Below are positions 35,781-45,009 of a stretch of DNA of 64,000 bases, piece after piece (within the stretch, counting starts at the first letter, position 1; each line of letters begins with the position of its first letter). The stretch comes from Nannocystales bacterium (GTDB lineage: Bacteria > Myxococcota_A > Polyangia > Nannocystales > Nannocystaceae), in the NCBI GenBank assembly GCA_050633305.1, contig JBOEGF010000014.1, positions 1 through 64,000 on the forward strand, in the 5' to 3' direction. Made by a program: the position numbers and the translations under genes. The notes under the pieces were generated by a model that had not been told where the DNA came from, ran no database searches, and worked only from the letters and a program-made list of their open reading frames with translations.

Positions 35781-36568
35781 AGCGAGAGAGCCTCCTGTCG
35801 GGCTTTCGGGGTGGTGGTGAGAGGGAGAGACCGCTGTTCGCGTGTGGACTCAAGCCGCCGGCGAGCGGGGCCAAACATGTCGGGGTCGAGCTCCCAGCCG
35901 AGCCACCGGCGACCAGTACGGATCGCCGCGACGCCGGAGCTCGCCGACCCGGCGAAGGGGTCGAGGATCAAGTCGCCCGGGTCGGTGAACTGCTCGATCA
36001 TCCGCTCGAGCAACGGAATCGGCTTCTGCGTCTGGTGGATACGCTTCGTTCCGTCCCTCGCGGGGTAGCTCCAGAACGCCGGCAGTCCGCCCCCGTTCCA
36101 CTTCATTCGACCAGGGGGGTGACCGATCACGACACTCTCCGTCGCTTGGCCCGGGCGGTCTCCCGTGAGCTGCGGGCAGCAGCCCGGTTTGTGCCAAGTA
36201 CCGGTTCGGATGGGGCGGAGCGATTCTCGCTTGCCGTTCTTGCCAGGGATCACCCGCGCGAACTCCAAGGCGTCGTTCCACTCACGAACGGTTTCAGCGT
36301 CGGTGAAGAGCAACACCCAGCGGCGCACCACCTGGGCCGTCTTGATTGCCGTCATCGCTCGGTCGAAGGTGTCGAACGGTCGGAACCCGATCTGGACGTT
36401 CGAGCGGCCGTTGTCGACCTTCGATGTCCGATGGTTCGAGTGCACGTGCTTGCAGTACGGCGTGTCGGTGAAGACGTGGTCGCACTCGGGCCATGCGTCG
36501 AGAAGCGAGTTGCCGAGACGAAGCTCCCAGCCGGGTCCCGTCGCGGTGTCGAGGATCGCGGAGGTCAT
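35777..36568 (-). CDS. DNA amino-methyltransferase (N4C/N6A, beta class)
   Basis: FTDTPY (variant motif IV), HQTQKPIPL, ILDPFAGSAS (motif I), GWELD. Confidence 0.88.
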   Translation of the reverse strand: MTSAILDTATGPGWELRLGNSLLDAWPECDHVFTDTPYCKHVHSNHRTSKVDNGRSNVQIGFRPFDTFDRAMTAIKTAQVVRRWVLLFTDAETVREWNDALEFARVIPGKNGKRESLRPIRTGTWHKPGCCPQLTGDRPGQATESVVIGHPPGRMKWNGGGLPAFWSYPARDGTKRIHQTQKPIPLLERMIEQFTDPGDLILDPFAGSASSGVAAIRTGRRWLGWELDPDMFGPARRRLESTREQRSLPLTTTPKARQEALSL

Positions 36569-36939
36569 GAGAGCACCCCTCCGGTCGGCCAGTTGCACGG
36601 AGGCTCCGGGTCCCGCCCGGTGCCCGAGCAATGCGCGCAGGCGTTCGGGGTCTTCCCGCCGCACTCGAGGCACACGGCATTCCCGGTGTCGTCGACAGCG
36701 ACGGAGTCGAGGTCCCCAAGTTTGCCGGCGGCGAGGAGGGCCAGCTCGAGCGTGGGGGCCGCGGCGTAGCAGCATCGATCGCTACCGAAGACTTCAACCT
36801 CGTAGCGCTCCGACTTTGCGTCCCAGTTGATCTCGACCTTTCGCGAAGTCGCGCCGGGGTGGACGGATTGGCGGATGGCATCGATCGCACGCTCCAGGAG
36901 CGGCTGCGGTTCGGCGCGGGTGGGGTTGCTGCCGCTCAC
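36565..36939 (-). CDS. Hypothetical Zn-finger protein
   Basis: CLECGG...CAHCSGTG. Confidence 0.55.
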   Translation of the reverse strand: MSGSNPTRAEPQPLLERAIDAIRQSVHPGATSRKVEINWDAKSERYEVEVFGSDRCCYAAAPTLELALLAAGKLGDLDSVAVDDTGNAVCLECGGKTPNACAHCSGTGRDPEPPCNWPTGGVLS

Positions 36940-37196
36940 AGGTCCGCACCGCCGTTTTTCTCCGTCAGAAGCTCGACAACTTCGAAAAACACGAACGTTC
37001 CAGCGGCAAGAAACGCGAGACAAAACCCGGCGAATGCCGCTGTTGCCAGCGTGGCAACGATGCTCATCACCAGGACACTGGCTGCGTTCTCTAGCCCTGA
37101 CGATGCGGCGTTGAACCCGAACAGGGTGACGTTGACCCCGAGCGCAACCCCGAGCACGAAGGCCTCGATTTTCCGTCTGTTGGTGGTCTCGGTCAT
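36936..37196 (-). CDS. Small membrane protein
   Basis: 86 aa with two hydrophobic segments. Confidence 0.6.
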   Translation of the reverse strand: MTETTNRRKIEAFVLGVALGVNVTLFGFNAASSGLENAASVLVMSIVATLATAAFAGFCLAFLAAGTFVFFEVVELLTEKNGGADL

Positions 37197-38158
37197 GTCG
37201 TTACCCCGCGGGCCTGGGCCTGAAGGTGGGCCCGTCGACGACCGTCTTCGGCGTCCTCGTCGCGCGCAGTCTTCCGGGGGTCGTTCACGCGGATTTTGTC
37301 GAGGAAGCGCTGGAGCATTCCGTCGACCTGTTCCCGGCGTCCGGGTGCCTCATCTCGGATCCGAATGAGGTCCTCGTCCTTGCATCCGAGTGACTCCTGG
37401 AGGCTCTTGAGCACGAAGCTGCGGATGTCTCCGGATTCGGTGGCGCGCAGGAGCTTGAGTGCCCGAGACGCGTCCTCGTAGCGGTTCTTGGTGTAGTCGC
37501 ATCCGCCTGAGACGCGGTAGCTCCCTTGCTCCCGTGCGCGCTTGCAGGACACCCACGACCCGCCGTCATTGACTCTGTCGACCAGGCGGGACTCGTCCGG
37601 CTTCACGCCGTCGTAGACCTGGGCGAAACGGGACTCGGGGAGGTTCGTCGTGACGACGGTGGGGCGCTCCGCGGCGTGTCGGGCGGAGAGGATCGCGCTG
37701 ATCCGTGCGACGGCCATGCCCGATGTGGTGCCAGGTCCACCGATCTCGTCGATGACCAGGTGTTGCGCCTCGAGCATGGACTGGACGCGCTTGGCCGCAG
37801 ATGCCCATTCGTCGAGCGCGAGGAGTGGGGCGTGACACCAGGCCGCCGTGGTGGTGAGCGCGTACCGGGCCGCGGCGGTCGTCTTCCCGAGTCCCACGGA
37901 GCTCGACAGGATGAGCATCCCGGTCCGCTGTTCCTTCGCCCAGCCGATCGCGGCGTCGAGCGCGTCGCACGACTCGAGATCGTAGGCCCATGCCGCAGCC
38001 AGTTCGCGGCGGGGGGCGCCAGCATTGGCAAGGGCCTCGAACCTCGAGACGCGTCCCTCCCAGCTGTCGCGAGGTGACAGACCCTTGGGTCCGGGGGTGT
38101 CTCCGAACGTGACCAGGGCGCTTGCGCGGTCTTCAGGGGACAGTGTTTCGGCGGCCAT
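37193..38158 (-). CDS. DnaC/IstB-like AAA+ ATPase (helicase loader)
   Basis: Walker A SSVGLGKT, Walker B LVIDEIG, VVTTN, SRLVDR; directly downstream of the initiator. Confidence 0.85.
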   Translation of the reverse strand: MAAETLSPEDRASALVTFGDTPGPKGLSPRDSWEGRVSRFEALANAGAPRRELAAAWAYDLESCDALDAAIGWAKEQRTGMLILSSSVGLGKTTAAARYALTTTAAWCHAPLLALDEWASAAKRVQSMLEAQHLVIDEIGGPGTTSGMAVARISAILSARHAAERPTVVTTNLPESRFAQVYDGVKPDESRLVDRVNDGGSWVSCKRAREQGSYRVSGGCDYTKNRYEDASRALKLLRATESGDIRSFVLKSLQESLGCKDEDLIRIRDEAPGRREQVDGMLQRFLDKIRVNDPRKTARDEDAEDGRRRAHLQAQARGVTT

Positions 38159-39219
38159 CAGAGCGTCTCCTCCGCGTTGGGGTCGATGGGTTTGTCGGGG
38201 AGGGGGATCCCTCGGTTGGTGCAGTTCTCGGGTTTCGAGAAGTCGCCAGGTGCGTAGCTGGGGCTGCCACCACCGCTGCCGCTGCCACCACCGCCGTTCG
38301 ATCCTCGTCGCGGGGCGGGAATCGAGCTCGCGTGCTCCCACTTCTCCCAGTTCTTGGCCCAGTGCAGATATTGGAGCGTCAGGTGCTGAATCCAGAACTC
38401 GTCGCGTGAGGCCGCCTCGGCGAGGTGACCGATCCGGAGCTTCCAGTCCTCGAACGATGCGCCTTCTCGCTTCGTCGCCTTCTCGACCCACCTGCGTTGG
38501 GACTTACTGTCAGTTCGGAACCCGACGGCGTTCTCGATGAGGCGCGCGCGGTGTTCGTTGATCAGGGCGATGACGCGGTCGACGAGTGTTGCGTCGACCG
38601 ACGACCTCGACTTCGAGCCAGACCGAGAGCGCGGCCCAGTCGCGGAGTCGCGACTTGGCTTATTCTCTCTCTCTTGATCTCGATCTAATTCTTCATCTAA
38701 TTCTCTATCTTGGTTCCCCCAAATCGGAATCTGGTGGAGATCAGGTCCTGATCTTTTTTCGACAACCCCGTCATTGCTCGGGTTCTTGGAAATCAGGTGA
38801 GGGTACCGGTCACAGATCAGGCGCCTGATCTGATTAACCAACTTGACTACGACTTGATCTCGAATCTGATTCCAAAACTTGACCTGATCTTCGGTCCCCG
38901 GCGGCTTCTGTTCGTCGGCCATTTCGACCCACCACAGGACCTCGAACTCGCGGAACCAGACGACATGGCCCGCGCTGGCGAGGCGGGAAATCGACTCTTC
39001 GATGTCGCCGGCTGTCACAGTCACCGTCCGCCCGTCGCCCGATGCGATCCGCGCCATGGATGCGAGGGAGCGCTCGAGCAAGCCGAGTTGGTTCTCGCAT
39101 TGGCACTGCAGTCGGAGCCCGTGCTCTCGATCGGAGAACCAGTGGGTGCTCCGGTGATTCAGCACATCGACGCGAGTCTTGGTCCAGAACACGTCTGCGC
39201 TTCCAGACTTCTTAGGCAC
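38158..39219 (-). CDS. Phage replication initiator protein (lambda O/DnaD-like organisation)
   Basis: Upstream of the DnaC-like gene; central charged linker encoded by AT-rich repetitive DNA. Confidence 0.65.
   Translation of the reverse strand: MPKKSGSADVFWTKTRVDVLNHRSTHWFSDREHGLRLQCQCENQLGLLERSLASMARIASGDGRTVTVTAGDIEESISRLASAGHVVWFREFEVLWWVEMADEQKPPGTEDQVKFWNQIRDQVVVKLVNQIRRLICDRYPHLISKNPSNDGVVEKRSGPDLHQIPIWGNQDRELDEELDRDQERENKPSRDSATGPRSRSGSKSRSSVDATLVDRVIALINEHRARLIENAVGFRTDSKSQRRWVEKATKREGASFEDWKLRIGHLAEAASRDEFWIQHLTLQYLHWAKNWEKWEHASSIPAPRRGSNGGGGSGSGGGSPSYAPGDFSKPENCTNRGIPLPDKPIDPNAEETL
38660..38890. promoter_or_regulatory. Candidate replication origin inside the initiator gene
   Basis: AT-rich; AGATCAGG-T-CCTGATCT (38738-38754), CAGATCAGGCGCCTGATCTG (38813-38832), extra half-site 38883-38890. 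Confidence 0.6.
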
Positions 39220-39634
39220 GAGACGCCCCCTCCGAGGCCTTCACGCCAGCCTGAGTGGCCTGGTAGACCTTGGCCCGCCGCCCCGAGGGAGCTTTGCGGT
39301 AGTTGCCCGCGTGCTCGATGAAGCGGAGCGTCTCGAGTTCCCGGATCCGTGGGCGGATCGTGTTGCCGGGGACGCCGAGGCGCTGCTCGAGCTGTTGAGC
39401 GGTGGCATCCTGCGCGACGATGGATGCCAGGACCTGCCGCTGGACCTTGCCCGCGAGTCCGGTCTTGGCGACGTGGGACGCCGCCTCCCGGGACGTGTCG
39501 TGGTCAGAGGCAGGGGTCCATGGCGACCTGTTCCGCGACCTTCGGCGGGCCGGCGGTCGCGATGCCGGCCCAGGCGAAGGGTCGAGCGCGAGAGCCATCT
39601 GCTGGTCCTCGGGAGGTTTGGGGGACTGGGTCAA
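39212..39634 (-). CDS. Winged-helix DNA-binding protein
   Basis: ATAQQLEQRLGVPGNTIRPRIRELETLRFIE...SGRRAKVY. Confidence 0.75.
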   Translation of the reverse strand: MTQSPKPPEDQQMALALDPSPGPASRPPARRRSRNRSPWTPASDHDTSREAASHVAKTGLAGKVQRQVLASIVAQDATAQQLEQRLGVPGNTIRPRIRELETLRFIEHAGNYRKAPSGRRAKVYQATQAGVKASEGASRA

Positions 39635-39915
39635 CGTGCGCCCCCCATGGTGAGACGGTCGAGCGTGCCGGGGGCCCAGGACCGCTGAGGTGCCGTGTGG
39701 CGAGGGGGACGCCGATCGTGGGCCCTAGACCGCTTCGCGGCGGTCTGACGGGCGTGCTGGAGAGCCTCAAGGGCGGTGCCGAACGTTCCGGCAGAGATCA
39801 CGCTGCCATCGGTCAACTTCAGCCGGTACCGGACTCGACCCCGGGACCCTCGAACTCGGACCCACTTCACGCCGAAGCGGGTCCACTTTGAGTGGTGGAG
39901 GTCGCTACCAAACAT
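39631..39915 (-). CDS. Small basic protein
   Basis: 94 aa between the integrase and wHTH genes, coupled. Confidence 0.5.
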   Translation of the reverse strand: MFGSDLHHSKWTRFGVKWVRVRGSRGRVRYRLKLTDGSVISAGTFGTALEALQHARQTAAKRSRAHDRRPPRHTAPQRSWAPGTLDRLTMGGAR

Positions 39916-41095
39916 TGGACACCCCCCGGAGTTCCTCTCCGTCCGGCGTTCTCTCGTAGGCTCCCTGTCGGAGTTCGACGAAGAGGCCGCGACGCACGAG
40001 AGCCTTGGCTGCCTGAGCCTGGCCTGCGCCACGCGGAAAAACCTCCGAGCCTGGACAACACAGCAAGCTGAACTGCGCGGGCGTCAGTTGGTCCAGCGTC
40101 ACCGACTTGGGCTCCGGGATCCGGAGCTCGAGCTGGTACTGGAGCGAGCCGAGGAGCAGCCGCTCGACGCGGGTCGCCACATCTTCCATCCGATCGTCGC
40201 CCAGGTGGGCGTAGCGAGCGGTCATGTGTTCGGTGGTGTGCCCAAGCGAGATACGAAGGGCCCCCATCTTCTCGCCGCTGTCGAGCGCGAGCGATGCCCA
40301 GGTTCTGCGGAGGTCATGCAGCCAAACATCGTTGAGCCCGACCGAGTCGGCGAGCTTTCGCCACGCGTGCGAGAGACTGGTCTGCTGCAGGTGGCTCTGA
40401 GTGCGTCCGGGGAAGAGGTGTTTGAAGCGGCCGCCGGACTGAGTGGCTTGGCTGCGACGGCGGCGGACGATCTCCTGCGCCCGAGGGCCGAGCCAGACCT
40501 TGCGATCCCCGGTCTTGGCGTCTCGTAGGAAGATGTAGTCCCCCATCGGAGAGACCTCGCCGGCCACGAGGGTGACAACCTCGCCGGAGCGAAACGGGGT
40601 GGTCAGGGAGAGCCAGAGCGCGTCGACGGTGACCGCGTGCGCTCGAGGACGCTTCGAGTAGACCGACAATGCGGTCGCAATCCGAGAGAACTCCTCGTAG
40701 GTCAGGTATCGGTCCCGCTCCTGGGATCCACGCCTGAAGGCGAACGGCTTGGCGGCAGCGGCGTCCGGCCAGCCGTTCTGAGACGCCCAGGTCAGGAACG
40801 GGCTGAGAACAGTGCGTACGTTGTGGCGGCTCCCAACCGGGAATGAGTCGAGCCAGAGCTGGGAGTCCTCGGCGCAAAGGTCTGCCAGCGGCAGTTCGCC
40901 AATGGCGTCGGTAAACCGGCCGAGGTAGTAGGTGCGGTTCTCCTCGGTCTTAGGCTTGTTACGCCCAGCCTTGGCGGCGATGTACTCGTCGACCGCTTCG
41001 GCGATGGTCTCGGAGCGGGGCTCTGGGTTGGCGAGGGCGTGAAGCTCGAGGGCCTGCTTGGCGATGGCCGCCATCCTGGCGGTAGCGTCGGACAT
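39905..41095 (-). CDS. int: Tyrosine integrase
   Basis: PFRSGE (R), DAKTG (K), LHDLRR (HxxR), LGHT (H), TARY (Y); adjacent to the tRNA fragment. Confidence 0.93.
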   Translation of the reverse strand: MSDATARMAAIAKQALELHALANPEPRSETIAEAVDEYIAAKAGRNKPKTEENRTYYLGRFTDAIGELPLADLCAEDSQLWLDSFPVGSRHNVRTVLSPFLTWASQNGWPDAAAAKPFAFRRGSQERDRYLTYEEFSRIATALSVYSKRPRAHAVTVDALWLSLTTPFRSGEVVTLVAGEVSPMGDYIFLRDAKTGDRKVWLGPRAQEIVRRRRSQATQSGGRFKHLFPGRTQSHLQQTSLSHAWRKLADSVGLNDVWLHDLRRTWASLALDSGEKMGALRISLGHTTEHMTARYAHLGDDRMEDVATRVERLLLGSLQYQLELRIPEPKSVTLDQLTPAQFSLLCCPGSEVFPRGAGQAQAAKALVRRGLFVELRQGAYERTPDGEELRGVSNVW

Positions 41096-41243
41096 CCCCC
41101 GAGTTCGCCACGGACTGGCGTGAGGGGGAAGTCGGCGCTCGGTGTCACGGACACCTGTCTGCCGGGCCGGCGTGGGAGCGACGTTTTTCGCGCGCTCACC
41201 ACATGCGGCAATGTTCAGTTTTTTCGGAGGACCGCGCCTATCT

Positions 41244-41302
41244 CTCGTAGCTTTGAGAGCATCTGGTTCGAAGCCAGATGCTCTATCCAGCTGAGCTACG
41301 AG
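41244..41302. repeat. Extended inverted repeat at the att junction
   Basis: CTCGTAGCT (41244-52)/AGCTACGAG (41294-302) and AGAGCATCTGG (41256-66)/CCAGATGCTCT (41274-84) flank the 7-nt anticodon loop. Confidence 0.9.
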
Positions 41303-41305
41303 TGC
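41262..41305 (-). tRNA. tRNA-Arg(TCG), 5' half only (acceptor 5' strand, D-arm, anticodon arm; no T-arm or 3' acceptor strand)
   Basis: GCACTCG TA GCTC AGCTGGATA GAGC A TCTGG CT-TCG-AA CCAGA, then non-tRNA sequence with no GTTCRA T-arm. Confidence 0.88.
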
Positions 41306-41317
41306 AGAACGGCGGCC

Positions 41318-41346
41318 AGGTTGCCCAAGCGTCGGGGATCCGTCAA
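41318..41346 (-). promoter_or_regulatory. Sigma70-like promoter of the tRNA gene
   Basis: TTGACG-N17-CAACCT, ending 12 nt before the tRNA 5' end. Confidence 0.6.
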
Positions 41347-41601
41347 GTCGGAACCCTGGGCCTGGCGCAGCGGACGTTTTAGGCGCTCAGAAGGCGTGCA
41401 CGGGGCCTGGGCGATCGGCCCCGTTCGGTCTCGGTCGCCTTGATATGGGCCGACGGGCGGTTGTTCGGGGCGCTTGGGGAGGCCCAAGGCAAGGCTGTCG
41501 TGGGCTCGGGTTCCGCGCGACAGGGGTGTCGCGGAAAGGGGGTTGGTCGGGACGCTTCAAAGGCGAGTTTCGTTGGTACATGGATTGCACCATCCGCCGG
41601 C

Positions 41602-42372
41602 ATGCGCTGGCTTGACCTTTCCGTACACGCTCTTGTGGCTGCAACCCTTCTTGGCGGCTGCGGCTCGGACTCGACCGCTGCCTCGGATGGTGGCGGTGGA
41701 GGAGGCTCGACGGGGACACCAGCGGACGGAAGCTCGTCGTCGCCCTCCGCGGACACGGACGCCGAGGGGGACACGGATGCGGTGGAGGAGGGCAGCTCGT
41801 CCACGGGTGGTGACGAGGCCGATCCCTTGGCAGACGAGGGCTGCGAGGTCCTGCTTTCAGGAGACCAAACACCGGAGGCGGATGCGATCGCGGAGTCGAT
41901 CGAAGCGGAGATTGCGGACGTCGGGCGTGCCGACGATATCGCGCTGCTGGACTACGGGATCGAGCTTGGTGGGGGAGCAGGAGGCGTGGACATCTTCTGT
42001 TTGTCGTTGGCCCTGCACGCGGACTGGTTCGTCTCGCAAGAGTCGATCTGCGTCCAGGACACGGACCCGGACGTGGTGCTGGCCGAGGTCTCGGAGGCAC
42101 TTGCGGACGCCCCTTCACTGCCGTCACTCGCGACGCTTGCTGACATCGAGGCGGCCGCCGGAGAGTGTCTTGGAGACTTCTCGTACATTCCCTGCCGAGG
42201 TTCGCAAGGGTTCCTCGACCCGACGTTTGACCCGAGCCTTCTCTCGTTCTCCGAGGGAGGGGATGACGGGAAGTGCACCTTCACATCGACGCGCGTGAAC
42301 CTGGATGCGGGGAGCGCAGAGGTGCTCGACTGCACCACGGACTCCAACGACCTCTGCGACACGGAGGGATAG
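41602..42372 (+). CDS. Cys-containing lipoprotein with Ser/Gly/Asp linker
   Basis: MRWLDLSVHALVAATLLGGC lipobox. Confidence 0.75.
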   Translation: MRWLDLSVHALVAATLLGGCGSDSTAASDGGGGGGSTGTPADGSSSSPSADTDAEGDTDAVEEGSSSTGGDEADPLADEGCEVLLSGDQTPEADAIAESIEAEIADVGRADDIALLDYGIELGGGAGGVDIFCLSLALHADWFVSQESICVQDTDPDVVLAEVSEALADAPSLPSLATLADIEAAAGECLGDFSYIPCRGSQGFLDPTFDPSLLSFSEGGDDGKCTFTSTRVNLDAGSAEVLDCTTDSNDLCDTEG

Positions 42373-42379
42373 AAGCGCC

Positions 42380-42883
42380 TCAGAAGGCGCACTCGGTGGG
42401 CTGAGGGTCGGCGGCCTCGATGCTTGCGGCGATCTGGGGGGCGGCCCTGGCCTCCGAGAAGCCTTCAGCGGCCGTCCCGGTCAACATTCGCCCGAAGCCG
42501 CCGTTGCTCATGTGGGCCCGAACGAACACGACCTGCTCCGCATCGACAGGGACGGGGCCGCCGGTACGTGTGAAGGGCTGCTCGTCGACGTGGCTATGTC
42601 CGAGAATGCGGCGGTACAGCAGGGCGCCATCGGCATCGAGGACCTCCCACCAGTTGGCATACTGATCGCACCCGGTGTCGGGGCTCGAGAGTGTCACGGC
42701 AAACGTATACGCGCCTGCATCTCCGCTGGCCGCGACGGTGGTGACGTTGGCGACGCTCGCCTCTCCGGTGTCCGGCGTCGTGCTCTCGCCGGCCTCTGGA
42801 GCGTCGGGGTTGGCGGTGCTGTCCTCGGGCGCGTTGCTGCTACACGCGGACAGGACAAGCGCGGCGACGAGGAAGCGAGTCAT
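42380..42883 (-). CDS. Lipoprotein with a beta-rich domain
   Basis: LVLSAC lipobox; DTGCDQYANWWEV...RILGHSHVDEQPFTR. Confidence 0.8.
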   Translation of the reverse strand: MTRFLVAALVLSACSSNAPEDSTANPDAPEAGESTTPDTGEASVANVTTVAASGDAGAYTFAVTLSSPDTGCDQYANWWEVLDADGALLYRRILGHSHVDEQPFTRTGGPVPVDAEQVVFVRAHMSNGGFGRMLTGTAAEGFSEARAAPQIAASIEAADPQPTECAF

Positions 42884-42930
42884 CGACCAGAGCTTGGCAC
42901 GATGTTGCCGCGCTTGCTGCGTCGTATCGG

Positions 42931-44208
42931 TCAGGCGACGACTTGGTAGCGCTTGCTACGGCCAGGAAGACTCTCGACGACGCCGCGTCCCACGAGGCTC
43001 TCGAGGGCCATGCGTGCCTGGTAGTCGCTCAGTCCTGTTTCGCGACGGAGTGCGGCGAGCGTTTGCGGGCCCGTCTGTCGCAGCACGGCTTCAACCCGGG
43101 AGACGCGGTCATCTCCGGTGGCGGTGCCGGGATTGTCGACACGTGCGGCGAAGCTCCCCAACCGTTCGGCGGCGGCCGGGACAAGCTCGGAGAGGCCGGG
43201 CCGCGCGACGAGGTAGATGTACTCCTCGTTGCGCAGGTGGCTGATGTCGCCGACCTTATTGCCACTGGGATTGTAGATGCCGATCTGCGCGCCGACGTAT
43301 CGCTTGAAGTCCTTGGCGATCACGAAGACGTCACCGAGGGCGGACAGCGTCGCTTCGAGTTGTTCGCGGCTTTGGTAGCCCTCGTTGTTGAACGAGACGA
43401 CGAGCAGCGGCGCCTGGAGCTGCTGCATGACCTGCGTGAACGCGTTGGCGTGGCGGGGTTTCGAGTTGAAGTCGCTCTTGCGCTCTCGGCAATCCACCCG
43501 CTTGCACGCGATGCCGTAGACCTCGGGCTTGTCCCAAAGAACGAGGCTCTCCCAAATGTGATAGTTGGAGAGATAGCTGTGCTGGTTGTACGGGGGGTCG
43601 ACGTACGCGACGTGGGTCTGCACCTCGCGGGCAAAGTCGAGGGCGTCGCTGCGATGGGCACGACATGGCCCGTTGGGGACGGCGCGTTGCAGGTCGGGGA
43701 CGCGGAGCTGGATGTTGTTGTAGGCCCGTTTTGCCCACTTCTTGACGTAGGCCATCTGCAAGCCGCAGGTGGAGTCGACGCGGTCGGCGGCCTCCATGAG
43801 TGAGACCAACACGACGGCGTGAAGTTCGGGCGGGAGGTCCTTGGACGCGATGGCCTCTCGGATGGCATCGACGCGTGCGCCGTTGTGTGGCTGGAAGAAC
43901 CTCGAACGCTCGCAGAACGTTTCGGTGAAGTAGCCCGGGGTGCCCGGGAGTCGGTTGAACTCCTCCACGAGCTTCGCTGCTTCATCGTGCCAGCGTTCGC
44001 AGTCGGCCTGCACGTAGCAGGTTGCGAGGCAGTGGGCGTAGCCGTTGTGGTCATTGGCCTCGACGCGCCAGCCAGCCCCCTTGAACGCGTGCCCCACTCG
44101 GGAGGTTCCGGAGAACACGTCGCTCACGCTGCTGAGCTCGGGAAACTCACCGAGCAGGTCCACGAGCGTGGGCAGCAGCGTGCGCTTGGAGCCGAGGTAC
44201 TTGATCAT
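42931..44208 (-). CDS. DNA adenine methyltransferase (D12/Dam-like class) with C-terminal wHTH extension
   Basis: KYLGSK, DVFSGTSRVG, YVDPPYN; no restriction partner visible nearby. Confidence 0.88.
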   Translation of the reverse strand: MIKYLGSKRTLLPTLVDLLGEFPELSSVSDVFSGTSRVGHAFKGAGWRVEANDHNGYAHCLATCYVQADCERWHDEAAKLVEEFNRLPGTPGYFTETFCERSRFFQPHNGARVDAIREAIASKDLPPELHAVVLVSLMEAADRVDSTCGLQMAYVKKWAKRAYNNIQLRVPDLQRAVPNGPCRAHRSDALDFAREVQTHVAYVDPPYNQHSYLSNYHIWESLVLWDKPEVYGIACKRVDCRERKSDFNSKPRHANAFTQVMQQLQAPLLVVSFNNEGYQSREQLEATLSALGDVFVIAKDFKRYVGAQIGIYNPSGNKVGDISHLRNEEYIYLVARPGLSELVPAAAERLGSFAARVDNPGTATGDDRVSRVEAVLRQTGPQTLAALRRETGLSDYQARMALESLVGRGVVESLPGRSKRYQVVA

Positions 44209-44250
44209 CCTGCGCCGGGGGGCTCCAGGACCATAACAAAGCCGGGGCTG

Positions 44251-44952
44251 CTAGCGACGTCGGCGGCGCTTGAGGCCGAGCGCGACCCCGAACAAGCTGA
44301 AGAGGAGGCCGCCCGAGCGACCACGACCCTCGACACTGCAGCCGGAGGGATCTTCGTTGTCTTCGCCGGCGCCGCTGCTGCTGCTGCCGTCACCGCTCTC
44401 CTCGCCGCTGGGTGCGGGTCCGGTCGTGGTCGCGGGGCCGCTGTCGCCTCCGGAGGCGGTGCCGTTGGAGTCGGTATCCGAGGGGGTGGTGCTCGGGCCT
44501 GAGCCGCCCGGCGTGTCCCCAGTGCTCGAACTTCCCTCTCCGGCGGTTCCGCCGCCAGTGCTGCCCGGTCCCCCTGTGGAGCCGCTGCCAGCGCCCGAGT
44601 CGTCCCCGGTGTCCATGGCTTCGGTGGGATCGACTGTTGTGGCACCGGTCGTCGTCGTCATCCCGCCCGTGCCACCATCGGTATCCGCGAACGCGCAGAT
44701 GTCGAGCTCCGAGAGGCAGATCTCGAGGAGCTGTTCTTCGTCGAAGTCCTCCCACTCGTTCCCGCCGCCGCCCACGGTGCCGGACTCGTCGGCGCAGGCG
44801 CAGCTGGAGAAATCATTGGGGTCGTTCCGGACCGTGCAGGTGCTGCCATCTTTGAGCTCGCACTCAACCTCGATCGCTCGCGCGGTGAGTGGGGCGAGAG
44901 ACACGGCTGCGAACACGCTCGCAGTGAGGAAAATAGTCTTCAAGAAAGCCAT
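44251..44952 (-). CDS. MYXO-CTERM sorted surface protein
   Basis: Signal peptide, Cys-rich domain, Thr/Gly/Ser linker, C-terminal SGCSV...LLFSLFGVALGLKRRRRR. Confidence 0.85.
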   Translation of the reverse strand: MAFLKTIFLTASVFAAVSLAPLTARAIEVECELKDGSTCTVRNDPNDFSSCACADESGTVGGGGNEWEDFDEEQLLEICLSELDICAFADTDGGTGGMTTTTGATTVDPTEAMDTGDDSGAGSGSTGGPGSTGGGTAGEGSSSTGDTPGGSGPSTTPSDTDSNGTASGGDSGPATTTGPAPSGEESGDGSSSSGAGEDNEDPSGCSVEGRGRSGGLLFSLFGVALGLKRRRRR

Positions 44953-45009
44953 GCGGACGAGCCTACATTGCTCCCGGCGACCGGCGCAAAGCTTGGAGCG
45001 TCCGGCGAC

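Larger units (their letters stand above)
1..41273. mobile_element. Integrated prophage/provirus (right part; left end outside window) inserted at the anticodon loop of tRNA-Arg(TCG)
   Basis: Tyrosine integrase lies about 170 bp from a truncated tRNA. Phage-type early genes (initiator plus DnaC-like, MTases, HNH, DUF5131, HD, ASCH) form one coupled minus-strand array converging on a coupled plus-strand array with cell-wall hydrolases. Gene content turns to typical host genes beyond 41.3 kb. Confidence 0.9.

Noticed and set aside
37193..38158. IS21 element (IstB-like ATPase)
   Set aside because: No IstA transposase or terminal repeats; position after the initiator indicates a DnaC-like loader
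41400..41600. Several GC hairpins in the intergenic region upstream of the tRNA promoter
   Set aside because: No recognisable ncRNA, and no U-tract to call a terminator
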